DNA of 62,104 bases, filler included, from Dugesia japonica (Eukaryota): NCBI GenBank assembly GCA_001938525.1. It is 5 parts of 5 records of this genome, joined end to end, with 100 filler letters (N's around TTAATTAATTAA, not from the genome) between each part and the next. Parts side by side here need not be neighbours in the genome. Positions count along the whole stretch, not along the records: positions 9,277 to 20,112 come from MQRL01598714.1; positions 20,213 to 29,764 come from MQRL01641612.1; 3 more parts are not named here. The stretch is one strand, 5' to 3'. Position 1 is the first letter of the stretch, and each line of letters starts with the position of its first letter. Made by a program: the position numbers and the translations under genes. Positions 14,346-27,240 of this stretch are shown here, one piece after another. The notes under the pieces were generated by a model. The model was not told the DNA's origin. It was given only the letters and a program-made list of their open reading frames with translations, and searched no databases.

Positions 14346-15615
14346 ACAATTGAGCAATTAAAATAAACTTTTGATTATAAAATATCTAAATTTAAAAAAG
14401 CTTTAGTTGATCAGTTAAATGACGGCTCAAAAATTGACAATTCAAAGGTCAAGAATATTATTTCACATCTAAAACCAATCATTTTTCTGTATTTTCCCAT
14501 ACAAAGTAGCATATGTTGAAAGAATAAATCAAATATTGAAAGATGAATTGAAAAAGTACTTTGTACATACTAGTGATAAAATTTNGATGCATGTATTACT
14601 GAAAATCATTGACAATTATAACTATAAAAGTCATAAAGGATTAAATAATGCGATACCCATTGATGTATTATCTGATAATTCAATAAAGTTATAGTTACCT
14701 AAACAACAAACAAAGAAAATTAAAAAACCAAAATCAAGATGATAATCATGTTAGAATGGCAAAAAATATCAGCTTCCCGATTCATCAAGAATTTCGATAG
14801 TAATTGGAGTGATGAGGTGTTTCAAATATCAAAAATCAATACCAATCAGAATTCAATCATATATGTGATTAAAGATCACGAGAAAAATATCATTGTTTGA
14901 AAATTCTATGAACAAGAATTACAAATTATTCTCTAACCAACAGTATTTAGAATAGAAAAGATTATCAGATCAAAAGAAATTGGAAAATATAAACAATTAT
15001 ATGCAAAGTGACATGTATATGAAAAATCATGTTGGATATCATCATTTCAACTATTTTACAAATGAACACACTGAATAATTTCTATACTCTTTTACCAAGT
15101 AATAGTTGTCCACGTATTCATCCAGGTAATAAAGCCAGTATTTCATTATTGATTTTCAAAATTCTATTATTTTGGATAGTCAATGAGAAGTAACCTTGAT
15201 GGAGAGTAGATGTAATGTGTAACAGGTGATGATTATGAGCGAAATGTAGAAATTATAATCAACAACAAAGAAAAACATTGACAGTTCCTGATGTTGGTTT
15301 TGAGTTCATTATTAAAAGTTTCTTTTTATTCACATTAAAACATTATGGTCATGTTAAAATATTTAAAACTTTAGGAGATACCAAAAGATTCGGATTTAAT
15401 ACTTTAAAGAATGAAATAGATACTAATTCTATTATATAAAATCAAGACTTTAAAAACAATGACTCAATTGTTGTTATGAAAATAAAATTAGTTTTTTCAA
15501 TAGAAACTAATAAATTCATATCTTTTCAAAACGAATATTACATATCGAATTTGAATCAACTTAGTCGTTTCATTACAAAACAATGTAAGTATTTATTCAA
15601 AATACTATAAAAAAT
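14110..15615 (+). mobile_element. Second lineage-A Maverick relic (ATPase end, integrase C-half, minor capsid N-half)
   Basis: 14500-15180 is clearly homologous to 3680-4320 (e.g. ttcatcaagaatttc.atagtaatt, ttttaccaag.aatagttgtccac). Confidence 0.9.
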
Positions 15616-15616
15616 A

Positions 15617-16459
15617 GTGAAACATTCCGATTGTCGTTGTTGGAAAATGTTAAAAGACACCAAAGCGAAAATTAAAGTCATGAGCGACAGAGTTCTTAGG
15701 GAACTGAGCAATATAGTAATACAAAAAGCAGATGTAAAATTACGATGCGCTAACAACACGATACTAGAAACGCTAGGGCAAGTGGTGGTGAAGACATGTA
15801 TAAAAAAAGAGAAATGGTTAAATATACGATAGCAAAATAGGCATACCCAGACATCATAAGAGGAATAGATATACAATGACAATTTTGCTTTGAGTTACAA
15901 AGACGATCATTGAAAGAGAATAAGATGCAGATCGGTGTTATAGAAGCATAATCTTAAAGAGTCATATCGGAAGAAGAACGGAATCAGAAAACTATAAAGA
16001 CAATTCAACCAAACAAAAAAAGACGAAAGGTAATTGTAGCTAATAGACGAGCCTTCATGGTTGACGATTGGGATAGTGAATGCACTATGCTTGTGAAGCC
16101 TAAAATAATAACGAAAGAAGAGCCAATCAATATAAAACAAGGGTGTCAGCCGATGAACATAGAAACCGAAATTGAAAAATCACCACAGAACTTAGAAGAA
16201 AACAGTATCAGCAGGAAATATTGAAAAATGCCAATTGTTTCCATAAAGAATCATGAAAAAAAGCTGAGACTATGTTTAGACTTTCTTGAGCTGAATTAAA
16301 TATTGGAGAGACAATCATATCCAATGCAAACATGAAGGAACTGTTAGATAGATTAAATGAGGCCAGTTTTTCAGCACATTTGACCAAGGCAATGCGTATG
16401 ATGAAGTTAAATTGGAGGAGTTTAGTCACCAGAGAAAACAGCGTTCTACACTTTGAATA
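15617..16459 (+). mobile_element. Ty3/Gypsy pol relic (protease-RT start)
   Basis: MLKDTKAKIKVMS...LRCANNTILETLG (decayed DTGA protease); KLRLCLDF.ELN; MKELLDRLNEASF; ends at an N gap. Confidence 0.75.
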
Positions 16460-17342
16460 NNNNNNNNNNNNNNNNNNNNNNNNNNNNNNNNNNNNNNNNN
16501 NNNNNNNNNAATATTTTATTATCATATTTTTCTATAAATAACGCGCGGATTATCCATACAAAAAGCTTATTTCAAGACAAATGGACAATGTGGGAATACA
16601 TGCATCTATTATATAAAAAATCAACAAACTAAATTGGAAACTTTTCATAAATATAAAAGAACATCATTTAACAAAATGGCTATTTGCAATTAATTTCGAC
16701 CGTCATTATCAGGAAACTACAATATCATTAAAATACACAAGCAATATTGTATACGTCAATTGAACATTAATTTTACGATTTAACGTTCATATCAACAAAG
16801 CTTCACCCTGTAGATAATTTTAATAGTAGTTAATGATCATTATAAAATTTTAGGAATTCAAATCCAGATCTGACTTTAAGAATTAGAAATAGAAATTTGG
16901 AGTGTGACCAATCAGATATCAGTGTTGTCAACTCATTTTTATTGGTTCTTTAAACTTAACATTTTCATTCTTGTTGACATTTAATTTGATTAGNATTTTT
17001 ATTGGCTATTATGTAAATTGTAAATGGTGCATGTGCATGAAGTACTATTTAAACAATTATAAATGATCATTCATTTCGAAGATAGTGCTAATATCCTGTA
17101 TCCATAATTTTAGAGAATAAAACTTTCAAAACAAAGAGTTTTTCTTTATTTGAGTAATTATAGAAGTAAGAAACCGCAGGATTCGACTTTACCTAAGCAT
17201 GCGATCAGATTCGATTTAAAGTTAGAATTTATACTTTGTGAAATAAACGAGATTAATTGTTGGAAACACCAACAATATGCCTATTAACCTTGAATTGATT
17301 TAGTTAATTATTTACAATTGCAATCATTACGAGATCATTTTA

Positions 17343-17468
17343 TAGAATTCATTTAATATAAAAGCTTTGATCAAAATTTAGGTTTTAATTATTGATATTG
17401 GATAACAATTCGATATCAATAATTAAAACCTAAATTTTGATCAAAGCTTTTACATTAAATGAATTCTA
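17343..17468. repeat. Near-perfect palindrome (56-bp arms, 14-nt loop)
   Basis: Arms 17343-17398 and 17413-17468, one mismatch. Confidence 0.95.
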
Positions 17469-17559
17469 GTTAATTATTATTAATAATTATTAAATCCACA
17501 GTAAAAAATCTTTAAATCAAAAAATCCTATTGAATTTATAATTTTCTTTCAAAGCTCAA

Positions 17560-18520
17560 CAATATTACTTTTTCCACTATTTTGATTATGCTCTTAGACT
17601 CTGGTGCAAAGATGACGAAAAGTCTCTACAATAGCGTTACACCAATTACATGTAAACTGATAGACCAGATCAGAACACAACCTTTAAGGAATTATAGTGT
17701 TATTATTAAACATATTTACAACCTTATGGGATTGAGATACAACTCATATATTTAAAGTATCCATAAAAGTGTTTTCAATATAAATTCAAATTTCTTTGCA
17801 GCCTTCAAAATAAGGTAATGATGAAACAATTTTAGAATTTCTTTCTACAATATCACACATGTCAGCACGAGACAAATCACTATTTAATTTATTCAAAGTT
17901 TCGTAGACTAATTTTATCTATAAATAATTTAGAATACATATTTTTATGAAGAAAGATTAATTTATTCACACTCGTACTTGCTTTAACAAGAGTAATAGAG
18001 AAACTCCAAGAACGATGAATCAGTTCTTTAATCATATTACTTTTGGTTTATGTCACAAAACGAACAGAATCTGTAAATAAATCGTTATCAATTTTGTTTC
18101 TATAAATTTTTGTTTAAAAGAAGAAATTATTTTTCTCAATAAGCATATCAAGAAACGGAATAATTGAATCGATCTCTTCTTCAACCATAAAGCCTATATT
18201 AAAATGCAAATTATTCATATACTCATAAACAGATGTACTTGGAAACGATTTTCAAAAACAAAAAACATGTCATTCAACATAACGTTTATAAATCAAAGGA
18301 TTAACAGACAAATGATCATTAAAATTGAAGCTAATGTTAGAGCTAATAGGGAATCCATCGCTACACCACCAACTTGTCCATACTATTCATTATTAAAAAG
18401 AAACAGAATATTTGATGTTAGAAAAGTTAAAAGACCACGAAAGGATTAAACCAACTCCATATTTCCACATAAATCTATAATCTCTCTTAACAAGACATTA
18501 GTAAATAAACTCGAAACATA
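17560..18520 (-). mobile_element. Penelope-like retroelement relic (RT + GIY-YIG)
   Basis: Minus-strand translation VSSLFTNV, FLFNNE*YGQVGGVAMDSLL.LTLASILM, YKRYV(DD), IPFLDMLI and LVYQFTCNWCNA...ETFRHLCTRV*EH. Confidence 0.9.
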
Positions 18521-18821
18521 AAAAAAGCCATATAATAAAAAAAATAGATATATTGATTTGTGTTAAAGATTTTTAGATTTTTAAAATGAATAATGTCAAC
18601 TTAGGATCCAATTACTCTAACTGAGNTTTAGAACAAATTCTCTCTATCAATACTTATTCATATAATCACGATACTTTATCGCATTCAATTAATTTGGTAA
18701 AGTAAATAACTTTTAAATAGCAATTAAATAACTTATTTGCTTGAATGTTTGTTTAATTAATTAATATTAATTAAAGCTGTTAAAGCTATCCAAATAAATA
18801 TATTTTCAAAAATATTATTTT

Positions 18822-18979
18822 ACAATTCAATTTTCTTGGTACTATGATTTCCTTCATTTGAACTAATTATCACTTCTTCTTCAACTATTCCTTCATCGTC
18901 ATCTATTTTCTTTTCAGAATCTGATTGTAAATCTTTTTTACTGGTGGTCGTAGATGTTTGATCTTCAGTATTCTTTTTC
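18822..18979 (-). CDS. Possible terminal exon of an unidentified host gene
   Basis: TTTTAG acceptor then stop-free KKNTEDQTSTTTSKKDLQSDSEKKIDDDEGIVEEE...KKIEL*; further short exon-like blocks upstream to ~19740. Confidence 0.3.
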
Positions 18980-19856
18980 TAAAAGTTAATAAAATATATG
19001 AATAAAATATACAATAAAACTTTTGTTAATATAAAATTGTTCAATTCTTTTTGATTTAAAATAAATTGGTAGATTAATTGTTTATATTAAATATTAAAAT
19101 TCTAATAATTTGCCTTGGTCACGTCATCAAGCCTAAGTATGGGTGTTGATCTAATAAAATTTTACAAATATCATTTAGTCGGTAACTCAAAGATTACTAT
19201 GTCTACTTAGTAGAATACCTATAATTTAAATATAAAAAGTATTATGAGCTAAACTTATTTTGTTTTAAGTTCGAGTTGTTGTTTTTTGTTTTTGCTGAAA
19301 TACTTTTATTGCAGTTAATTGTTTTTGCATTTGACAATTTCTTTCGTCAATTATTTCAAATGAAATAATTCTACAGTTCGGTTTTTTGTCATTCCTTAAG
19401 TATAATATAAGTTTATTATAAGCTCAAAATAAACAACTGATAATGAGATTTGAATTCTAATTTGTACAAAAAAATGTCAAGTTAGGAATAAATGAAGTAA
19501 ATCGAATTAAAAAAAACTAGTTAAGCAAATAGTAAATAGAAAAAAACGCTCGCGCAATCATTAAGTTAAGAATTGATTTNATTAGCAAATCTATTAAGGT
19601 TTTCGTTATTTGATAATCTTTAAAATATCGATTAATCAAGTATTTGAAGTTCTTTGAAAATGGTCGATTATTGAATGGTCTTACTTAATACCACTGAGTC
19701 TCAGGCTAGCTGTAGGAACCAGAGTGAAGTTTTGACGGCTTTTAAAATAAAAATTAGAATAGATTATTGATTAATCTTATTCTTTCCATTTTATTTATTT
19801 ATCTCATAGTTTTCGTAATTTTTATTGATATAACTTATATTATCTCTATACATTTA

Positions 19857-20081
19857 TAGCAATGTATATTTGAGACCGGATGTGAACGGTTGGAAGCATT
19901 GCTGCAAGAGATGCACATATTGTAATCGAGCTTAGTCTAGGTAAAACTACACAAGTTGATCGATAAGTTTAATTATGAACGGACTCAATTGGATGCTAAT
20001 GGACTTTGATGGATTCGTTCCGTCGGACTGTACATGTCGGAGGAGGTAATGTAATGGCATGGAATTCAATCAAAACTGTTA
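19857..20081 (+). repeat. Dispersed ~225-bp Tc1-derived repeat, copy 2
   Basis: Encodes RTVHVGGGNVMAW; inverted homolog of 8301-8525. Confidence 0.7.
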
Positions 20082-20112
20082 TTTATGAAAATAATTTTTA
20101 ATGATACTATTG

Positions 20113-20212
20113 NNNNNNNNNNNNNNNNNNNNNNNNNNNNNNNNNNNNNNNNNNNNTTAATTAATTAANNNNNNNNNNNNNNNNNNNNNNNNNNNNNNNN
20201 NNNNNNNNNNNN
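20113..20212. other. Artificial scaffold spacer
   Basis: N44-TTAATTAATTAA-N44. Confidence 0.95.
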
Positions 20213-20601
20213 AAATTACCGGTAAAAATGGAAACCCTAATTAAAACGTTAATGCTATGGTACTATATTATGGTATAAACTAAAGAATTGCAAAATAATA
20301 TACCAATAAAAGATTCATTTTACACTAATATCATTTATTATTTCATTCATAATATTATATTAAAAACAATACATTGAAACTAATAATTTCGATAAAAACT
20401 ANNNNNNNNNNNNNNNNNNNNNNNNNNNNNNNNNNNNNNNNNNNNNNNNNNNNNNNNNNNNNNNNNNNNNNNNNNNNNNNNNNNNNNNNNNNNNNNNNNN
20501 NNNNNNNNNNNNNNNNNNNNNNNNNNNNNNNNNNNNNNNNNNNNNNNNNNNNNNNNNNNNNNNNNNNNNNNNNNNNNNNNNNNNNNNNNNNNNNNNNNNN
20601 N

Positions 20602-20990
20602 GGCAACATCTCATCAAATTGTTTGTAAATTACAAATAAACCATTCCAGCGACGTTTTGAGTCCAGCAATGATGAAATATCCTTCCCAAAATCTTTCTTG
20701 GCGTATTTTTGTAGATTGTCGCTTTAAGTCGGACAACAACGAAACATACTAACGATCCTTCACATTTTCTTTATCAATAGAAACATTCTTATGATTAGAA
20801 CATATTTCGATGAAACCTCAACTAGTTCAGTAAAAATATCAAAAACTCTATTATTGTGGCAATCTTGATCTTCTATATCTTTGTCCTCGTCTTTGACCGA
20901 AATTTCTGTGATTTTTTGGTTGATGATTTTTTGATATTGAGGAATACTTGCATTATATAAAACTTTATTCAGTGTCAATTGTATGATATT
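20602..20990 (-). mobile_element. hAT transposase relic
   Basis: RIVSMFRCCPT*SDNLQKY...LLDSKRRWNGLF (TRWNS motif); same family as 56415-57010. Confidence 0.75.
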
Positions 20991-21476
20991 TGTTATAAAT
21001 AATTGATGATTAACATTTATTAATATTCCTTTTACTTTACTTTTTAATTGTGCTATTTCATCTTAATTCATCTGCTGAAATTTGGAATTATGCTAATTTC
21101 TTTTCTGAAACAGAAACACATTTTACAGTTGTCATTGATCAATGAATCTGAATTAGGCCAATTTTTCAAAATTTGTTGTCAGTGCGGATGTTGACATTCA
21201 TTAAACGATGATTCTTCATAGAAGTCCATTCATTGAATGAGAGGCTAAGGTGAGCATGTAAGCCGCTTGTACTTCNGTCCAGATTTTTTATTTATCTCTT
21301 AAATTTGTTGATATTGCAAATGTATGCATGATTATTATATTTTGTACATTCAAATTAATGCTACAGAGATTTTGTCTACTCTACTGAAATTCTCCATGGT
21401 TCAATAGTTATATAATATAAATGTTAGTTGAAAAAAATTATAAAAATAAATAAAGCAAATATTTTAAATCAATGAA

Positions 21477-21640
21477 TAATACTAATTAAAATTAATAATA
21501 TTATTAATACTAATTAAAATTAATAATATTATTAATATTAATTAAAATTAATAATATTACTAATATTATCAATATTTATTAAAATTAATAATATTACTAA
21601 TATTATTAATATTAATTAATATTGATTATTATTTATTAAT
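21477..21640. repeat. AT-rich minisatellite (~28-bp unit)
   Basis: TAATACTAATTAAAATTAATAATATTAT repeated about 3-5 times. Confidence 0.85.
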
Positions 21641-22753
21641 GCGTGGGTTTGGACAAAAGAAGCTTTTATAGTAAATTTTAAAAAATGATAATAATTGTAT
21701 AATAAAATATAAATTAAATAGAGTTATCTGTAAAAAGTAACTTTTAAAAAAATTAAAATAATAATGATAATAATAATAATTACAATATTTCCCATTTTAA
21801 TACAGTAAGAGTTATTATAAACAACAGAATTATAACTTATTTCCAAAAGTTTATTCATACTAAATAAATTGATTCTCTTTCTTCTTATAAGAATTCTTTG
21901 GAACTGAATATTAAAATCCGGCAAAAATTCTATACTTTAATCATTATTACAATTTTAATAAAAAATAATATATTCAAATTGAAATATTTACAATAAAATT
22001 NNNNNNNNNNNNNNNNNNNNNNNNNNNNNNNNNNNNNNNNNNNNNTTCAAAAGCTACCCAACAAAATTCGCAATATTTAAACAACAATCCTTTATTTAAC
22101 TTTTTTAACAAATTACTACAAAATCTAACAATAAAAACAATATCATAAGCAAATTAAAAAAATGACAAATATTCTTAAACATAAATCCCCACAAATACTA
22201 TTAATAATACTGCAGTAGTAATTACTAAATATAGTAATTTTAAATAAATAAACAAAATAAATACCAAATACAATAATATACGTTCATCTTTATTTATTAA
22301 GCTTTTATTTTATTCTTAAGGTGTGTTATTTAATAAAACATTATTTCATTCAGCCTTTATATTTTATTTTAATATTAATATATACCTTATAATATTTATC
22401 AAATTAAATACCTTTAAGGAAATAAACAGAAACCAAACCTTATATTACATTATATTACAAAGANATTTTTTTTTAATTTACCGAAGTTACCGGGAATTTC
22501 AACTTTACTGAAAACCGATAATGTATGATCCAATTAATAGTTACGAAATTATGCTTTCTTTTGTTTTCCTCAATGTACTGTGTCATCGTTTTTCGAAAGA
22601 AATTATTTTGACTAATTTTTTTTTAATTATATATAATGATTATATANNNNNNNNNNNNNNNNNNNNNNNNNNNNNNNNNNNNNNNNNNNNNNNNNNNNNN
22701 NNNNNNTTTGAAGTTGTAAAATATTTCAAAAAAATATTTAGAAATTACTACAT

Positions 22754-23146
22754 TAGTGGTTTTTAACCTTTTCGAAGTCACGGTGCACTTTTTATCATAG
22801 GAAAAAATAGCGGTGCACTAAAATCAAACGGGTTAAAGACAAAGAAAAATATGCGAACATAAATTTAATGATGTCATAATCCAAATGTCTTAATGAATTG
22901 ACAGTGCCAACTTGCTTTACGCACTGAATTTACTGGAATACTGGTCTCAGCGAGCGCTGGAAAAGTGGGGTATTGAGAGAGTGAAACCCCTATTCAACAT
23001 GAGACAACATATGTGATCGATTAGATAAAATCGATTTGTCAGCTATCCTGATTTCGTGAAACATTTTTTGTAAATTTTTTAGTCTTTTATCACATTTCCG
23101 AGGTGCGCTTGCAACAACCTCACGGTGCACCGGTTAAGAACCATTG
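22754..23146. mobile_element. Non-autonomous hAT (Charlie-like) MITE
   Basis: TIRs TAGTGGTTTTTAACC / GGTTAAGAACCATTG; 8-bp TSD TACTACAT/TACTACAC; subterminal CACGGTGCAC motifs. Confidence 0.85.
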
Positions 23147-26100
23147 TACTACACATTCAGTATAATTACGATAAAAAAAAACATAATATACATTTAAGGC
23201 TACAGAAAGTATCTGAGATAATATTTGAAGAATGAAAACAAAAGAATTAATGGCCAGAATTCTTGGTAATTTTAAGAAGATACAACAGTTGTATATATAA
23301 AGGAATTATTTGAATTGATCTTTTAGAATTTGTAAAATCAAATTTGAACATGCTTGTTTACGGTTACATCGACTTTAAAAAGATTTAGACATGTATTTAT
23401 AACTCAAAACATCACCGAAAAACTTGATTGTAACATGCTAAATAATGATTCAATCGATCTATCCAATATAGAAAAATTACTGATTTATGCAAGATAGATT
23501 CAGACCTTACAAAACTCATTGAAAATTCAAGTTTCTTTGTCAAGACTGTGGTAAAGGAAGAATTGTACTGAGTTCAAAGAAATACACAGGAACTAGAATT
23601 TATTGTTCTAATTATTCTTATAATTTTAACCTTTGTGACTACTTGTTACAAATATATCCTAAAGGATAATAATACCTACAGAAGTCAGCTTTCGTCATTG
23701 CAGGATTTGACAAAAAGCCACTGAAACAGAAATAAGAAAACTAGACCTGGTTCGGAAAATTGACGTTATATGCTTACACAGAAGCATTTGAAGAATTTTT
23801 TTTATATTGAATTCATCTTTTGTTTTGCTTGATTCATTTTCGTAATTATTTTTTATAATTTTCCAGTATTTTGAAATAGTTTGTATTTATAAATTTGTCA
23901 ATATAGATATTTCTTTTTGTTTAAATTTTAAATTGATATTTAGAAAAATAATATACCTATTTTAAACAAATCTGATTATCATTTTTAAAAATATGTAGCA
24001 GAAATCCTAAATTTAATTTTATTAAGCATCTAAAAGTCTGTTAATTATAATAAATAATACGTGAATAATTTCTCACTAAATAATCTCACTGATTCTTAGA
24101 GATTATTTTATGTCGATCATACGATTTTTTTTTTAAAAGAATTAAAGCATTAAATATTCTGAATTAATTGTTAATTTAAAAATATAAATTCTTATTTTCA
24201 ATTTTTGCATATTTATAAAAAAACATTAGATTTTTTTTTAATATTTTAAGAAAAGAATTTGGATGATGTGAAATTAATAAAAATCGAAAAAGTATCGAAA
24301 AAAAAAACTCAATCAGTTTGATAACTTTTAATCAAGTTCTAGTTTGTTAATTGGGTTTATGAATGAAAATTAGTTTTCACTTAACCAAATAGTATCACTT
24401 TTTTTTAATCAAAATTTTATTCAAATTAATTTGATTTTGAAGTTTAATTGCTGAAATTCTAAACCAATTTATATTTCATCAACACAAATCAAATTATACT
24501 AGATATTTATAAATTTCCATTTTAGTTGATTAAAACAAGTTAAATGAAAGATATTTTCAGAATTATTTTAATGAAATAAATAGTTAAACATTTAGGTAAA
24601 ATAATTAAATGCAGAATAATATAAAATAACTGCTATAAATGAAATAAAATTATCACATAAATATTTAAATTTTAAACTTAATAAGAATTTTTGTGTAGAT
24701 TATAACCTCATGTATTAAATAGTAGTTTCATATTGGTATCAACATGTAGATTTATTATTTACCATTTAATGACAGTAGCAATGGATAATTGAAAGGTTAG
24801 AGTTAAATAATTATCCGCACAAACGTAATTCTTTCTTATAAAATATGAAACTTTGACAAATCATTTTTCAAATATTATCTTCTTCTTTCTACGATTTATG
24901 ATTTAAAAAACTCTATTTTTTGGTGTTTAAACTGCAGATTTCTTTTCGTCTTGTGTACGCTTACTGGAAAAGACTCAGATAAAGTATTTCCTTTGTATTC
25001 TGAATTTACATTAATTTTAAATATGATATAATATTTTGTTTCTCAAATTCCATTATATGGTTTGTCATGAATTTGCTTTCTGCTCCACATTTTTTTATTT
25101 TCATTTTTCTCCTATTCCTATTACTTTCCCGAAATTTTCATTTGCCCAATTGGAAAAAGTACCAATGAAAATCTTATATTAAAAGGAACTATAAAACTAA
25201 TTTTAAAATATTGCAAAATTTNTTTAAGTTGGCATCAACACATCAACAAGTTGTAAAGGATTACTGAAAAATTTGAAGACTATGTGGAAATATTGAACAA
25301 GTTATGAAAATAGAATGACAGCAATAATTTTGATCTTTGCATTTTGAAATATTTGATTTTATAAATACAGGTTAATGGTTAACAAGTGAAATTTTTTGCA
25401 AAGATATCTTCTAGAAAACGTTAATTCCGTGTTTTTCTTGTTTTTTATTCAGTATTTGGTCATTTTTATTGGTCTGTTATTTCTCATACTTTCCTTTTCG
25501 TATGTTATCCGTTTGTTACTCATTTTGAAAGGAATTGTAGATGTACGTTTTCACCAGTGTCTTGCGATTTTTTAGTTCAACTATTAGAAATAATAAAAAT
25601 AATTAAAAATCATGAATCTTATTTTATTAATCATCTAAAGGTTTTTTAAAAAAAAACTTATTTATAGCTTATTTTGATAAAAATAAAATAAAAATAGAAT
25701 GTTGAATATGCCATTTTAAAATATTTAAGACATCATTTAGGTTTTTGTATCGCGCGCATTAAAAAGCATTACGATTTTGTTCTAAAATAATTATGTCAAA
25801 AGCGAAAAATATTTTCCGGTAATGTGAAAGAAAATAAAATGTAATTTGCTTAAAAATTTATTTATGTGGGTTACTTAGATGGATGTTGTCATTTACTAGA
25901 CAGCTGTAAATCATCGAAATGAATGAAAAATAAAATAATTAGTCTTTATAAAAATACTAAAATAAATAANNNNNNNNNNNNNNNNNNNNNNNNNNNNNNN
26001 NNNNNNNNNNNNNNNNNNNNNNNNNNNNNNNNNNNNNNNNNNNNNNNNNNNNNNNNNNNNNNNNNNNNNNNNNNNNNNNNNNNNNNNNNNNNNNNNNNNN

Positions 26101-26593
26101 NNNNNNNNNNNNATAATAAAAAAATTAAAATCATTTCCTTATTTTATAATTTATTTCATGTGATTAAAATTAACCTTATTTACGCAATCAAATTTATTTT
26201 ATATTATTTCTTATGATATACAATTTACTTTAGTATGCCTTGAGATTTTCTTAGTATTTTAGTGTTGTTCTACAATTATAAAATCAATAAATATTCAATA
26301 AAATACAGTACGTCATATATAGAAAATAGAATAGTTATAACAACAATGAAACACAAGAACTTCGCATACGCACAAACATCAAACAATTAATCATACAATT
26401 ACGTTAATTTATATTTAATTCTAATCAATCAAACTAAACGTTTTAGTTAATTTTTTTAATAAAAGAACAGCAACTTTGATTTTCGCTTGTTAAAAGAAAT
26501 TTTTGAAATAAAAACATTTTTACAATTGCAATTATTGGACGTAACCATTGATCGTTTTTTAGAATTCATTTAAAATAATAATAATTGAAGTCA

Positions 26594-26626
26594 ATTCCTG
26601 ACGAAGACAAAGTCGAAATATCGAAT
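26594..26626 (+). ncRNA. Minimal type I hammerhead ribozyme (family A)
   Basis: ATTC-CTGACGA-A-GAC AAA GTC-GAAA-TATC-GAAT: full core, stem I 4 bp, stem II 3 bp, palindromic AUAU stem III, AUC cleavage triplet. Confidence 0.8.
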
Positions 26627-27207
26627 CAATCTCAAAAAACAAAAACAATAAAATTTTGATCGAAGCTTTTATTTTAAATGAATTCGAAAAACATTTTGTT
26701 ATTAACAACGAATTTATTTATTAACAGATCAATAACTTTATTAGATAAAATTGTATTATCTGTCAAAACAGTTGAAGTTAATTTTTCTTCGTCAACTGTT
26801 TTCAATGTATTTGACTTATTTTTCATATAAGACAAAGTAACCCTTCAGTTATTCCTTATTTTAAAAAAATAATTTTTAAATTTTAAAAAAAATTTACAAA
26901 TATATTTATCATAATGCTTTGTAGCAATTAACCGAGAAAATGTTCATTCAATGTTATATTGCAATTACAATTCAATGAAAATTCAAAATTCAAAATTGAT
27001 TTTACTCAAATTTTTTTAAAATCTGTCTTCATGTCAAAATTTGTAAGGGACCATCCAATAAAGACGTCCCCTCGGAAGTGNNNNNNNNNNNNNNNNNNNN
27101 NNNNNNNNNNNNNNNNNNNNNNNNNNNNNNNNNNNNNNNNNNNNNNNNNNNNNNNNNNNNNNNNNNNNNNNNNNNNNNNNNNNNNNNNNNNNNTTTACTG
27201 AAAAATA

Positions 27208-27240
27208 GTTCCTGAAGAAAGCTGTGCCAAAATATTGAAA
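27208..27240 (+). ncRNA. Degenerate hammerhead ribozyme (family A variant)
   Basis: GTTC-CTGAAGA-AAGCTGTGCC-AAAA-TATT-GAAA; G12 mutated. Confidence 0.45.

Noticed and set aside
8301-20081. 225-bp inverted pair as TIRs of a 12-kb composite transposon
   Set aside because: The copies lie on opposite sides of an artificial spacer and are internal Tc1-like fragments with no TSD
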